This document shows, one piece after another, positions 1-8,533 of a stretch of DNA of 32,000 nucleotides. Where the stretch lies: contig CAZXEQ010000006.1 of NCBI GenBank assembly GCA_964640155.1, positions 145,164-177,163 on the forward strand, in the 5' to 3' direction. Below the pieces are notes generated by a model. The model saw only the letters and a list, made by a program, of their open reading frames with translations. It ran no database searches and had not been told where the DNA came from. The stretch comes from an uncultured bacterium. Lineage in GTDB: Bacteria > Auribacterota > JACPWU01. How positions within the stretch are numbered: the first letter of the stretch is position 1; each line of letters begins with the position of its first letter. The translations under genes were made by a program, and so were the position numbers.

Positions 1-129
1 ACAGGCTCAATGCTCGTAAAGTGAGTGGACAGAGAATAGATAAAACAAAACACTTATCTTAGTTGTAGACTAATTTAAAACGAAAATGCTGAACAATTCC
101 CCATTCCCTATATCCACTCCACAGATTTT

Positions 130-453
130 TTAAGCTGGAGAAGAAGGCTCAGACTGTTTTGCAAGATTACCTAGCATGGTATCCACCATTTTCTTCATTT
201 CTTTGCCAGGTTTAAAATAAGGAACATTTTTGGCAGGAATTTTTACTTCTTGTTCAGGCTTGTTTGGATTTCGTCCCACGCGTGCATCTCGATGTTTAAT
301 CATAAACACACCAAAATTGCGTAATTCTACTTTGTCATTTCTTCCTAAACTTTCAATAATATAATCCAATGTTTTTTGTATGACATCTTTAACTGCAATT
401 TGAGGAACACCCGTTTCATTCGCAATACGAATCGCCAAATCTCTTTTTGTCAT
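130..453 (-). CDS. HU/IHF-family nucleoid-associated DNA-binding protein
   Basis: 107 aa. The HU/IHF signature is present (ELRNFGVF...ARVGRNPNKPEQEVKIPAKNVPYFKPGKEMK, the beta-arm with RNP). ATG start preceded by a GGAGG Shine-Dalgarno (SD) site. Lies 18 nt after the upstream ORF. Confidence 0.9.
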   Translation of the reverse strand: MTKRDLAIRIANETGVPQIAVKDVIQKTLDYIIESLGRNDKVELRNFGVFMIKHRDARVGRNPNKPEQEVKIPAKNVPYFKPGKEMKKMVDTMLGNLAKQSEPSSPA

Positions 454-471
454 TTTAAACCCTCCTCTAAA

Positions 472-951
472 TCAAGGTGAATGCTTAAATTTTTCCCCCA
501 CATAATAAACAATCAATAGAACCGTAATCACAAACACAATAATCACAACTGGATTTTTGAAAAACCGCCGAATTCCATGTCCTGTTTCTTCTTTCTCTCT
601 GGCTGCTTCATATTTTCCAAGTTGACCGTGCATCAAAATAAAAAGATGATGCCATTGGGCATCAATTCTTTTAACTTGAGTTGGTGTTAACGTTAAATAG
701 TCTTTCAAAGAGATAATTTGACTTAAAATACCCATCACTTCTTCAGTAAAATGACTTTCAAATCCTAAAACCTCACTAAGACGGGCTTGTTGATGAGCAA
801 TATCTGTTTTTAAAGAAAGAAAGTTTTGTTCTAACTCGTCAGAGGTTTTTTTATTTTGAGAAACAGAGGTGAGAATATCGTAGAAACTTTTCCACAAACC
901 AATAAAGGTTTCAAGAAGAGGAATACTTTGTTGTAAGTGCTTAGCTCCCAA
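472..951 (-). CDS. hypothetical helical protein with a C-terminal transmembrane anchor
   Basis: 159-aa ORF with a TTG start preceded by GGAGGA at 5-6 nt. A single hydrophobic segment, NPVVIIVFVITVLLIVYYV, sits near the C-terminus. No recognisable family. Confidence 0.65.
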   Translation of the reverse strand: MGAKHLQQSIPLLETFIGLWKSFYDILTSVSQNKKTSDELEQNFLSLKTDIAHQQARLSEVLGFESHFTEEVMGILSQIISLKDYLTLTPTQVKRIDAQWHHLFILMHGQLGKYEAAREKEETGHGIRRFFKNPVVIIVFVITVLLIVYYVGEKFKHSP

Positions 952-982
952 AATGATCCTCCAAAATGGATTCTATATTTTG

Positions 983-1011
983 AGCGTAACATGCAGCTTA
1001 ATCTGTGTCAA
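983..1011 (-). promoter_or_regulatory. putative sigma70-type promoter for the 951..130 operon
   Basis: On the minus strand: TTGACA (1006-1011), 17-nt spacer, TACGCT (983-988). The -10 element is weak. Confidence 0.35.
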
Positions 1012-1100
1012 GAAAAATACCCATACTGTTTTATCCTGTATACACCGTAACAAACTCCATCGTTTCTAAAGTTTTTATTTTAGAAAAAATTAAAAATACA

Positions 1101-1129
1101 TTGACCAAGCTATCTAAAACATTGATAAT
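1101..1129 (+). promoter_or_regulatory. putative sigma70-type promoter for the efflux operon
   Basis: TTGACC (1101-1106), 17-nt spacer, GATAAT (1124-1129). It lies about 50 nt upstream of the GTG start at 1178. Confidence 0.5.
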
Positions 1130-1177
1130 AATTTAGTTTTACTTAAGAAACCAACTTTAGCTTTTCAAGGCTTTTTA

Positions 1178-3754
1178 GTGAACAAGGGGCGGCGCTTGAA
1201 ACGGCATCATTCTTTTTTGCTTTTTATTTCAACTATTTTTACATTACTTACTTTCTTTTCTTCTACTATTACCATTGCTTCAGAAACGCAAAACCCTTCA
1301 AAACCTAACAGCAAAAGTTCTTCCCCTATCTCAAAGATTTCTCCCGATGCTCTTGTAAGACAAGGAAAAGTTGCTTATCGCAAAAAGAATTATTCAGAAG
1401 CACTTGAAAAATGGTCGCTCGCTTTAAAAGAGAGACCTCACGATAAAGAAATCTCTAAACTCGTAGTCATGGCTCAAGAAAAAACAAACAAACCTTCACC
1501 TCAAAATCAAGAAGCCATCGAAAATCCTTCATCTACGACTTTAAACCAAACCATTCCTCCTCATAAGAAAAAAGCTTTTGTTAATAATCAATTACGCATC
1601 GGGAAACAAGCCTATCGAAAGAAAGATTTTAAGGCTGCATACATTGCTCTTAAAAAAGGGGCCGAGGTTGATCCTAAGAATACAGAGATACAACAACTGA
1701 TTCATTCTATTATTGAGAAAACACCTAACATGGAAGAAGTCTTGATCAACGATGCTGAAGAGGCAAAACAAAAACTCAAACAAGAAGAAGAAAAACAGGC
1801 ACAAGCAAAAGCCAACCGCGCAGCTTCGATTGCTTCTGGAGAAAACGCTTTTCTTCCACTTAATTCTAGTTTTGAAACCCTTCCCACAGAAGGAACTCCC
1901 CTCACGCTTGAACAATGTATCATGATTGCAAGAGGTAATAGTCTTTCTGTTAAAATCGCCCGTGAAGAAGCAGCCCTTGCCCGCTGGAAAATGGCTCCGG
2001 CCAGAAGAGCTTTATGGCCCTCTGCCGATGTTTTTTACAAATCAACCAGCGGAACAGCAGGCAGTGATCAAAATCAAGACTTTGAGGGAACTGAATATGC
2101 CTTTGAATTCCAAAAACCCTTAATTACCTGGGGTAAAAATAAGGCACTTTTTCTTCAAGCCAAATTGAATTGGGAAATTGCAAAGAGAAATCTTCAGAAA
2201 GAAGTTGCAGAACTGGATTTCAAAGTTGAGCAAGCTTATTTCATTCTTTCAAATTCATTCAGAGATCTGCAAGACCTACACCTCCTATATGAAGAAACGC
2301 AAAAAGATTTAAAAGTTGCAGAACAACGTTACAAACTTGAATTGGTTAGAGAACTGGAATGGCTCAAAGCAAAATCTAAAGTAGATGAAATCTACTATCG
2401 CGCTCAAGGGGCAGAAAAAGATTATATCTTGGCCCAACTTACTTTGTCCCAAATTTTAGACACACGAAGCTCTTCTGCTTTCTCTGTTCAAGCCACTCTT
2501 GGCACCTATGATTTAGAAGCAAGCCTTGATCAATGTGTAGATCTTGCTCTCAAAAACAGATCTGACCTTGTTGTGAACGAACTCTTGATCGAATACAACA
2601 AACTAGGGCAAAAAATTGCCAGGAGCGAGTATAAATGGAATGTTAATTTAGAAGGCATGGTGGGAATGAATGATGAAGCCTTTCTCTCAGAAACTAAAGA
2701 ACTTCAAAATGAATATTTTTTTGGCGTCAAGGTCACAAAACCTTTTGGACCTCATACTTTCGAAGATAATTTTGTAACTGAAAATAAAGTCCCCAGTGCA
2801 GGCCAAATCACTTCCACAGAATTCACCAGTAATACACTGAAATGGTATCTATGGAACAATACATCTAAAATAAGCATGAAAGAAGCGGACATCAAATATC
2901 TCAAAGCCATTGATGAATATGTCAAAAAACGCAACTCTGTCATTTTTGAAATTAAAAAAGCTTATTATGAATACCAAAAAGCCAGGCATCAGCTTTCCAA
3001 CAATGTTCAAAAATTAAAAATAGCAGAACAGGAAGTAAAGGTTTCTGTTGCTCGGCTTGGATTAAATGAAATTTTAGATTCCGAACTTTTAGAAACCAAA
3101 GATCGTTTAGCTAGAACAAAAGCAGAATATGGTCAAACACTCTCTGGTTACTATACCGCCATTGCCAATTTGAATAAAGCAATCGGTTTAACAGATTATT
3201 TCGATCTAAAACGAGGAATTCAAGACAACACTGAAGGAACAGATGCAGAAGCATGGAAAGGCTTTTTAAATGCCCCTGGTGAAATAGGAAGTCTTCCCAA
3301 TACTTCTGGATATCAATTAGAGGGTAAAAAGTCATGGTGGCAGTTTTGGGGAAATAGCTCAAGTAATGCAAGCGCACAACCCAAAACAACACAAGATCTC
3401 GTAGAAAAAACAACCGATGAAGGTGTTAATTTCTACAAACAAGGTAAATACCCGCAAGCCCAAGCTAAATTTGAAACAGCATTAAATCTAGACTCTCGCC
3501 ATATTAAAGCTCAAAGCTACTTAAGAAAAACAAAACTCAAAATGGGACAAGAAGTTGAAAGCTTTGGACCTAAGCTCAATGTAACGCCCAAAACTTCTGA
3601 AATAGATCAATGGACTCAAAAAGGGTTAAAACTTTACGAACAAAAACAATACGAGCAAGCTATTCAAACTTGGAATAAAGCACTTGAACTAGATCCTCAA
3701 AATCGCCGAGTGCAAGTTTATATTCGAAGAGCAAAAAACAAAATAGTTAAGTAG
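1178..3754 (+). CDS. TolC-family outer-membrane efflux factor with N- and C-terminal TPR-like extensions
   Basis: 858 aa with a GTG start and a signal peptide (FLLFISTIFTLLTFFSSTITIASE). The central region (about aa 240-669) has two OEP-type repeats (TLEQCIMIARGNSLSVKIA...; SLDQCVDLALKNRSDLV...), as in TolC/OprM. The flanks carry four TPR-like units. Confidence 0.85.
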   Translation: MNKGRRLKRHHSFLLFISTIFTLLTFFSSTITIASETQNPSKPNSKSSSPISKISPDALVRQGKVAYRKKNYSEALEKWSLALKERPHDKEISKLVVMAQEKTNKPSPQNQEAIENPSSTTLNQTIPPHKKKAFVNNQLRIGKQAYRKKDFKAAYIALKKGAEVDPKNTEIQQLIHSIIEKTPNMEEVLINDAEEAKQKLKQEEEKQAQAKANRAASIASGENAFLPLNSSFETLPTEGTPLTLEQCIMIARGNSLSVKIAREEAALARWKMAPARRALWPSADVFYKSTSGTAGSDQNQDFEGTEYAFEFQKPLITWGKNKALFLQAKLNWEIAKRNLQKEVAELDFKVEQAYFILSNSFRDLQDLHLLYEETQKDLKVAEQRYKLELVRELEWLKAKSKVDEIYYRAQGAEKDYILAQLTLSQILDTRSSSAFSVQATLGTYDLEASLDQCVDLALKNRSDLVVNELLIEYNKLGQKIARSEYKWNVNLEGMVGMNDEAFLSETKELQNEYFFGVKVTKPFGPHTFEDNFVTENKVPSAGQITSTEFTSNTLKWYLWNNTSKISMKEADIKYLKAIDEYVKKRNSVIFEIKKAYYEYQKARHQLSNNVQKLKIAEQEVKVSVARLGLNEILDSELLETKDRLARTKAEYGQTLSGYYTAIANLNKAIGLTDYFDLKRGIQDNTEGTDAEAWKGFLNAPGEIGSLPNTSGYQLEGKKSWWQFWGNSSSNASAQPKTTQDLVEKTTDEGVNFYKQGKYPQAQAKFETALNLDSRHIKAQSYLRKTKLKMGQEVESFGPKLNVTPKTSEIDQWTQKGLKLYEQKQYEQAIQTWNKALELDPQNRRVQVYIRRAKNKIVK

Positions 3755-3802
3755 AACGCTTTCAAGGGTTCAAAGACATTTTTAACGTAAGGAGTATACG
3801 CA

Positions 3803-5083
3803 ATGCTTAAAAAATCGCGTACAGCGAGAACCATTACCCTCATAGTGATTGCCGTCGTTTTAGTTTTTGCTCAGGTGAAGTTTAAAATTTTTACTCTTAT
3901 CAAAGAAAAACTCTCTGGGAAGAAAACGGAACAGCCTGCAAAAACTACCCCTCCCAAAGAAGATGAAACAAAAGAGCAAAAAGACAAGGAAGATAAAGGG
4001 GGGAAAGATAAACCCCAAGAAGAAGAACAGGAGCCTGTCGCTGTAAAAGTCATGAAAGCTCAAAAATCTGATTTTCAAGATCTCCTCCCTGTTCTTGGAA
4101 CAGTTGAAGGACTTTCTGAAATTGATTTAAAATTTGAATTGCCAGGGGTATTAGAGTTTTTCAATTTCAAGGAAGGCGATCACGTAAAAAAAGGTGACGT
4201 TATTGCTCGCCAAGACAATAAAGACGCCCTTCTGAAGGTAAAATATCGTAAGGCTAAACTTGACGTTGCTCAAACCGCTGTTGATCAAACCAAGAAAAAG
4301 CTAGAGATTTATCAAAATCTTTATGATATTGGCGCCATTATTAAGTCGAAACTTGAAGAAACACAGCTCGAAGTGGACAATAAACAAAAAGAATATGATG
4401 CAGCAAAAATTGAAGTTGCTTCCTCCAAACAAGAACTCTCAAAAACCTATATGAAGAGCCCTATTGATGGGGTATTAGGTACTCGTGATGCAGACCCCGG
4501 AGAATATGTTACTTCTAATTCCGAGGTTGTCAGTGTTATTGATACTACAGAAGTCTATGCCAAAGTCGGCATTGTAGAAAGAGACATCAATAAAGTTCAA
4601 AAAGATCAGGCGGGAAAATTTTTCCTTGATACCTACCCCAATAAATCTTTTGATGGCATTGTAGATATTGTTACTCCTATGATCAAAGGGAAAAGTCGTA
4701 CCTTGACTGTCAAAGTAAAGGTTTCTAATCCTGAAAATCTCTTGGTTCCCGGTATGTTTACGCGAGGCACAATCACTGTTTTTTCCAAGAAAGATACTTA
4801 TGTTGTTCCTATTAAAGCTGTAGAAACTTCAGGTGAAGAATCTTTTGTTTTTGTGGTGGATGAAAAAAATATTGCTCATCAAAGACCTATTAAAACAGGG
4901 TATATCACTATTGATGAAGTTCAGATCGATGAAGGAATTGCAGAGGGTGATTTAGTGGTCACCGACACACCTATTAAATTAAAAGAGGGTGCCCCTGTCA
5001 AAATCACTGAAAAAGAAGAAGCCAGTGGTGAGGCCCCCGTTGGAGTTGGTGCTGAAATCGGGGAAGAGAAGAAGGAATCATAA
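3803..5083 (+). CDS. RND efflux periplasmic adaptor (membrane fusion protein, HlyD/AcrA family)
   Basis: 426 aa. N-terminal TM anchor followed by a K/E/D-rich linker. Lipoyl-like motif FKEGDHVKKGDVIARQD, a coiled-coil hairpin, and a beta-barrel motif SPIDGVLGTRDADPGEYV. SD site TAAGGAG upstream. Confidence 0.9.
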   Translation: MLKKSRTARTITLIVIAVVLVFAQVKFKIFTLIKEKLSGKKTEQPAKTTPPKEDETKEQKDKEDKGGKDKPQEEEQEPVAVKVMKAQKSDFQDLLPVLGTVEGLSEIDLKFELPGVLEFFNFKEGDHVKKGDVIARQDNKDALLKVKYRKAKLDVAQTAVDQTKKKLEIYQNLYDIGAIIKSKLEETQLEVDNKQKEYDAAKIEVASSKQELSKTYMKSPIDGVLGTRDADPGEYVTSNSEVVSVIDTTEVYAKVGIVERDINKVQKDQAGKFFLDTYPNKSFDGIVDIVTPMIKGKSRTLTVKVKVSNPENLLVPGMFTRGTITVFSKKDTYVVPIKAVETSGEESFVFVVDEKNIAHQRPIKTGYITIDEVQIDEGIAEGDLVVTDTPIKLKEGAPVKITEKEEASGEAPVGVGAEIGEEKKES

Positions 5084-5086
5084 AAG

Positions 5087-5121
5087 TAGTGAATAGGGTT
5101 TAGTGAATTGTGGATAGTGAA
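5087..5121. repeat. three phased direct copies of TAGTGAA in the adaptor/RND spacer
   Basis: TAGTGAA occurs at 5087, 5101 and 5115, exactly 14 nt apart. Inverted partial copies: TTCACT at 5160-5165, and CAATTCAC at 5180-5187 (the reverse complement of GTGAATTG at 5103-5110). Confidence 0.6.
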
Positions 5122-5243
5122 AGACAAAAAAGTTAGAAAAATTCGTTAATAGATCAATGTTCACTCCGCAGTTTTTATGCAATTCACAAACTTTGACACA
5201 TGATCACAATTACAAAACCACGATCTAAAAATAACGAGCGAAA

Positions 5244-8200
5244 ATGAGCATTGCTGAATTTTCTGTACGTAAACCTGTCACCATCATGATGATTTTTTTT
5301 GGGATGGTGTTTCTGGGCATGGTTTGTGTCGCCAAACTCCCCCAGGAATTGCTTCCAGAAATCAGCTATCCCCAGCTGACCGTTGTTACAAGCTATGCCA
5401 ATGCTGCCCCTGAAGAAGTAGAAACCCTTATTACCAAAGTCATTGAAGAATCCATTGCCACTGTCAGAAATCTGACCCGTATTCATTCAAGTTCGAAAGA
5501 AGGTATTTCCTTAGTGACAGCTGAATTCACTTGGGATACGAACATGGATTTTGCAGCCTTGGCCATGCGCGAAAAGATTGATCTTATCAAAGAAAGGCTT
5601 CCCCGCGATGCGGATGAGCCCATTGTAAAAAAGATTAATCCTCTTGCAAAACCCATGATGCTTTTAAGTATCACCGGAAATTATCCCCTTGAAGAAATTT
5701 TAAGAATCACCAAAAAATTTATTAAAGATAAACTTGAAAAAACAGAAGGTGTTGCTTCAGCTGGAATCAGCGGCGGTCAAGAAAGAGAAATTTTAATCGA
5801 AGTAGACAAAACCAAACTTAAAGCAGTCAATATTGACCTCCTTGAAATTTCAAAAGCCCTTAAAAATTCTAATTTAAACTATCCTGCAGGTTCTACTAAA
5901 GAAAAATTTTATGAATATCTAATTCGAACGATTGGTGAATTTCAATCTGTTAAAGAAATTGGGGATACTGTTATTGGTCTAGATGATCAAGAAAAGGCCA
6001 TTGGAGAACAAGAATCTTTCTCTCCTCAGGCACGTCAAGCCCAAGAAAAAGGAAAATATCATCGTCTTGTCCAACTCAAAGATGTGGCAAAGATTGCAGA
6101 CACCTTTAAAGAAGTAGAAAGCTTCTCAAGATACAATGGCCATGAAAACATCTCTATTACTGTTCAAAAACAACCTGCAGCCAATTCCATTCTTACTGTT
6201 AAAAAAGTAAAACAACAACTCGATCTTTTACAACCGAGTTTACCTAAGGGGATAAAAATAGATATTGTTTATGATGAGTCTATTTTCATTAGCGAATCGA
6301 TTCATGGTATCGCAGATGACGGTATACAAGGTGTAATGCTTGCCTTCGGCGTATTGTTTTTCTTTTTAAAAAGATTCTGGCCCGCTTTAATCGTCTCCCT
6401 TACAATTCCAGCAGGGTTTATGTTTGTCTTGATCTGTATGTTTTTTGCAGGAGTAAGCCTAAATATTGTGAGTTTGATGGGACTTGCCCTCTCCATTGGA
6501 GGTATTGCAGATGCCCCTATCGTTGTTTTGGAGAACATTTATCGTCACAGAAGCGAGCTTAATGAAGATGCAACTGTTTCTACCATCAAGGGAACCGATG
6601 AAGTAGCCACAGCAGTCACAGGGGGATCTCTAACCGCTATGGCTGTCTTCTTTCCAATGATTTTTCTTTCAGGAGTAGAAGGACAACTCTTAAAACAATT
6701 GGCTTTCTCTGTCATCTTTTGTAATGCAGCTTCCAACCTTCTTTGCTTAACCCTTGTTCCTAAACTTGCTGCTCAGGGAAAACGTGTTCAAATAGAAAAA
6801 CCTTCCAAGTTTTCAAAATTTGTTGATCGAACAATGGATAAGGTAAGAAATGGTTATGGATCTATCTTAGATTCCTTTTTAAAACATAAATGGCTTTTTC
6901 TTGGACTCACCATTCTCCTTTTTTTCATGGCCAGTTGGCTCATGGGAAAATTAGATCAAGAACTTCTTCCTAAAGTGGACAAAGGACAATTTATCATTGA
7001 AGCAAAACTTAAGACAGGAACTCGAATTGAGATTACGAACAATCTTATTTTAAATCTTGAAAAAATAGTTTCTCAAATTCCAGAGTTAGATAGTTATTCT
7101 GTAAATGTGGGATCTGATAAGACAAAAGCAGCGGAAGGTGCTGAAACATTAGGTTCGCATGAAGGAATGATTATTATTTCACTGAAAGAAAAATCGCAAA
7201 GAAAGCGTTCCACTAATGAAGTGATACAAAACATCAAAAAAGAGTTTGAAAAAGTTAACCTTAAAGGGGCTGAAATCAATTATGTTTCTGAGGAATCTCT
7301 TTTTGGAAATGCACTGGGGGGTGGTGCAGCAATTACCGTTGAACTTTTAGGAAATGAACTGGATGTTTTAGAAAATCTTGCTCGAGAAGTTGAACATGGA
7401 CTCAAAAACATTCAAGGGGTGTATGGTGTACGTGATAGCATTCCTGAAAAAGCACCTGAGACAAAAATCTTTATCAATAAAGATAAAGCGGGTCTTTACG
7501 ATCTTTCAGCCAATGATATTGCCTTAACTGCCCAAATGGCTATTAAAGGAATTATTGCTTCAAATTATAAAGAAGAAGGAGCAGAATATCCGATCCGTGT
7601 CCGTTTAAGAGAGAGAGATACAGATGCAACTTCAAAAATAAATGATTTATGGATTCATTCTCCTCAAGGGGTAGAAATCCCTATTAAAGCAATGGCAAAA
7701 TTACAAGTTGGAAAATCTCCGAGTGAAGTAAGAAGACTGGAGCAACGTCGCTCTGTTTTTGTGTATGCCAATCTTTATCAAAGAAAGCTCTCTGACGTTG
7801 AAAAAGAAATTTCAGAATTTTTGAAGAAGATGCACTTACCTGAAGATTATACCGTTCGATTAGGTGGAGAAAGTGCTGAAAGAGCTAAATCTCTAAGCGC
7901 TTTACTCACAACCATTCTCATGTCGATTCTTTTAATTTATATGATTATGGCGAGTCAGTTCGAATCTCTTATTCAACCTTTTTTAATTATGTTCTCCATC
8001 CCCTTCTCTGTTATTGGAGTTTCTATTGCGCTCTTCTTAACAGGAACATCCGTTAATATCTTCTCCATGCTAGGGTTTATTACTCTTGGAGGTATGGTCA
8101 CTAATAACGCCATTGTTATGTTTGAATATATGAATGATTTAAGAGCGGAAGGGACTCCTCTTTTACAAGCAGTTAAGCAAGCATGCACCATACGACTTCG

Positions 8201-8420
8201 TCCTATTCTAATGAGTACGCTTGTAACCCTCATCGGTCTTCTTCCTCTTGCATTAGGCTTAGGCGAAGGAGGAGAATTAAAGTCTCCTTTAGCAATCACC
8301 GTTGTAGGAGGTCTTTTTGTTTCTACCTGTCTTACTCTATTTCTTATTCCAACCTTCTATATTATCGTTGAAGGATTTTTAGATAAATTTAGAAAAAAAG
8401 AAATTAGTAATAAGTTGTAA
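5244..8420 (+). CDS. RND efflux permease (AcrB/AcrD/AcrF superfamily), paralogue 1
   Basis: 1058 aa with a 12-TM, two-large-loop architecture. N-terminus is typical of the family (SIAEFSVRKPVTIMMIF...LPQELLPEISYPQLTV). TM4 motif is GGIADAPIVVLEN. Confidence 0.95.
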   Translation: MSIAEFSVRKPVTIMMIFFGMVFLGMVCVAKLPQELLPEISYPQLTVVTSYANAAPEEVETLITKVIEESIATVRNLTRIHSSSKEGISLVTAEFTWDTNMDFAALAMREKIDLIKERLPRDADEPIVKKINPLAKPMMLLSITGNYPLEEILRITKKFIKDKLEKTEGVASAGISGGQEREILIEVDKTKLKAVNIDLLEISKALKNSNLNYPAGSTKEKFYEYLIRTIGEFQSVKEIGDTVIGLDDQEKAIGEQESFSPQARQAQEKGKYHRLVQLKDVAKIADTFKEVESFSRYNGHENISITVQKQPAANSILTVKKVKQQLDLLQPSLPKGIKIDIVYDESIFISESIHGIADDGIQGVMLAFGVLFFFLKRFWPALIVSLTIPAGFMFVLICMFFAGVSLNIVSLMGLALSIGGIADAPIVVLENIYRHRSELNEDATVSTIKGTDEVATAVTGGSLTAMAVFFPMIFLSGVEGQLLKQLAFSVIFCNAASNLLCLTLVPKLAAQGKRVQIEKPSKFSKFVDRTMDKVRNGYGSILDSFLKHKWLFLGLTILLFFMASWLMGKLDQELLPKVDKGQFIIEAKLKTGTRIEITNNLILNLEKIVSQIPELDSYSVNVGSDKTKAAEGAETLGSHEGMIIISLKEKSQRKRSTNEVIQNIKKEFEKVNLKGAEINYVSEESLFGNALGGGAAITVELLGNELDVLENLAREVEHGLKNIQGVYGVRDSIPEKAPETKIFINKDKAGLYDLSANDIALTAQMAIKGIIASNYKEEGAEYPIRVRLRERDTDATSKINDLWIHSPQGVEIPIKAMAKLQVGKSPSEVRRLEQRRSVFVYANLYQRKLSDVEKEISEFLKKMHLPEDYTVRLGGESAERAKSLSALLTTILMSILLIYMIMASQFESLIQPFLIMFSIPFSVIGVSIALFLTGTSVNIFSMLGFITLGGMVTNNAIVMFEYMNDLRAEGTPLLQAVKQACTIRLRPILMSTLVTLIGLLPLALGLGEGGELKSPLAITVVGGLFVSTCLTLFLIPTFYIIVEGFLDKFRKKEISNKL

Positions 8421-8533
8421 GTCTTTAGTAAAATTTATTACAACGCTTTGAATGTTTTTTTCTTATAATTGAAAACTCATGCTGTTATAGTCCTCTCGTG
8501 GGATACTACTTATAACTGTTTTAAAGGTTTTAT

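Noticed and set aside
1-129. A possible terminator or small RNA lies downstream of the HU/IHF gene (AGATAA..TTATCT at 38-59).
   Set aside because: The stem is 6 bp and AT-rich, the loop is 10 nt, and no T-run follows. This is too weak to call. There is no tRNA-like or other RNA signature.
1592-1923. Minus-strand ORFs of 107 and 73 aa lie inside the TolC-family gene.
   Set aside because: They are antisense to the K/E/Q-rich coiled-coil segment. Their F/L/C-rich products are typical of antisense artefacts.
5193-5198. A perfect TTGACA hexamer lies upstream of the first RND gene.
   Set aside because: No -10-like hexamer sits at 16-18 nt; the sequence there is AACCAC. I do not call it a promoter.
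5184-5486. A 100-aa minus-strand ORF spans the adaptor/RND spacer and the RND start.
   Set aside because: It overlaps the conserved N-terminus of the RND permease on the opposite strand, has no SD site and has an implausible composition. It is spurious.
8448-8469. A perfect TATAAT (8464-8469) in the RND1/RND2 spacer could be an internal promoter.
   Set aside because: The only TTGAAT-like -35 element (8448-8453) is 10 nt away, and other candidates are 20 nt or more away. AT-rich spacers produce TATAAT by chance.
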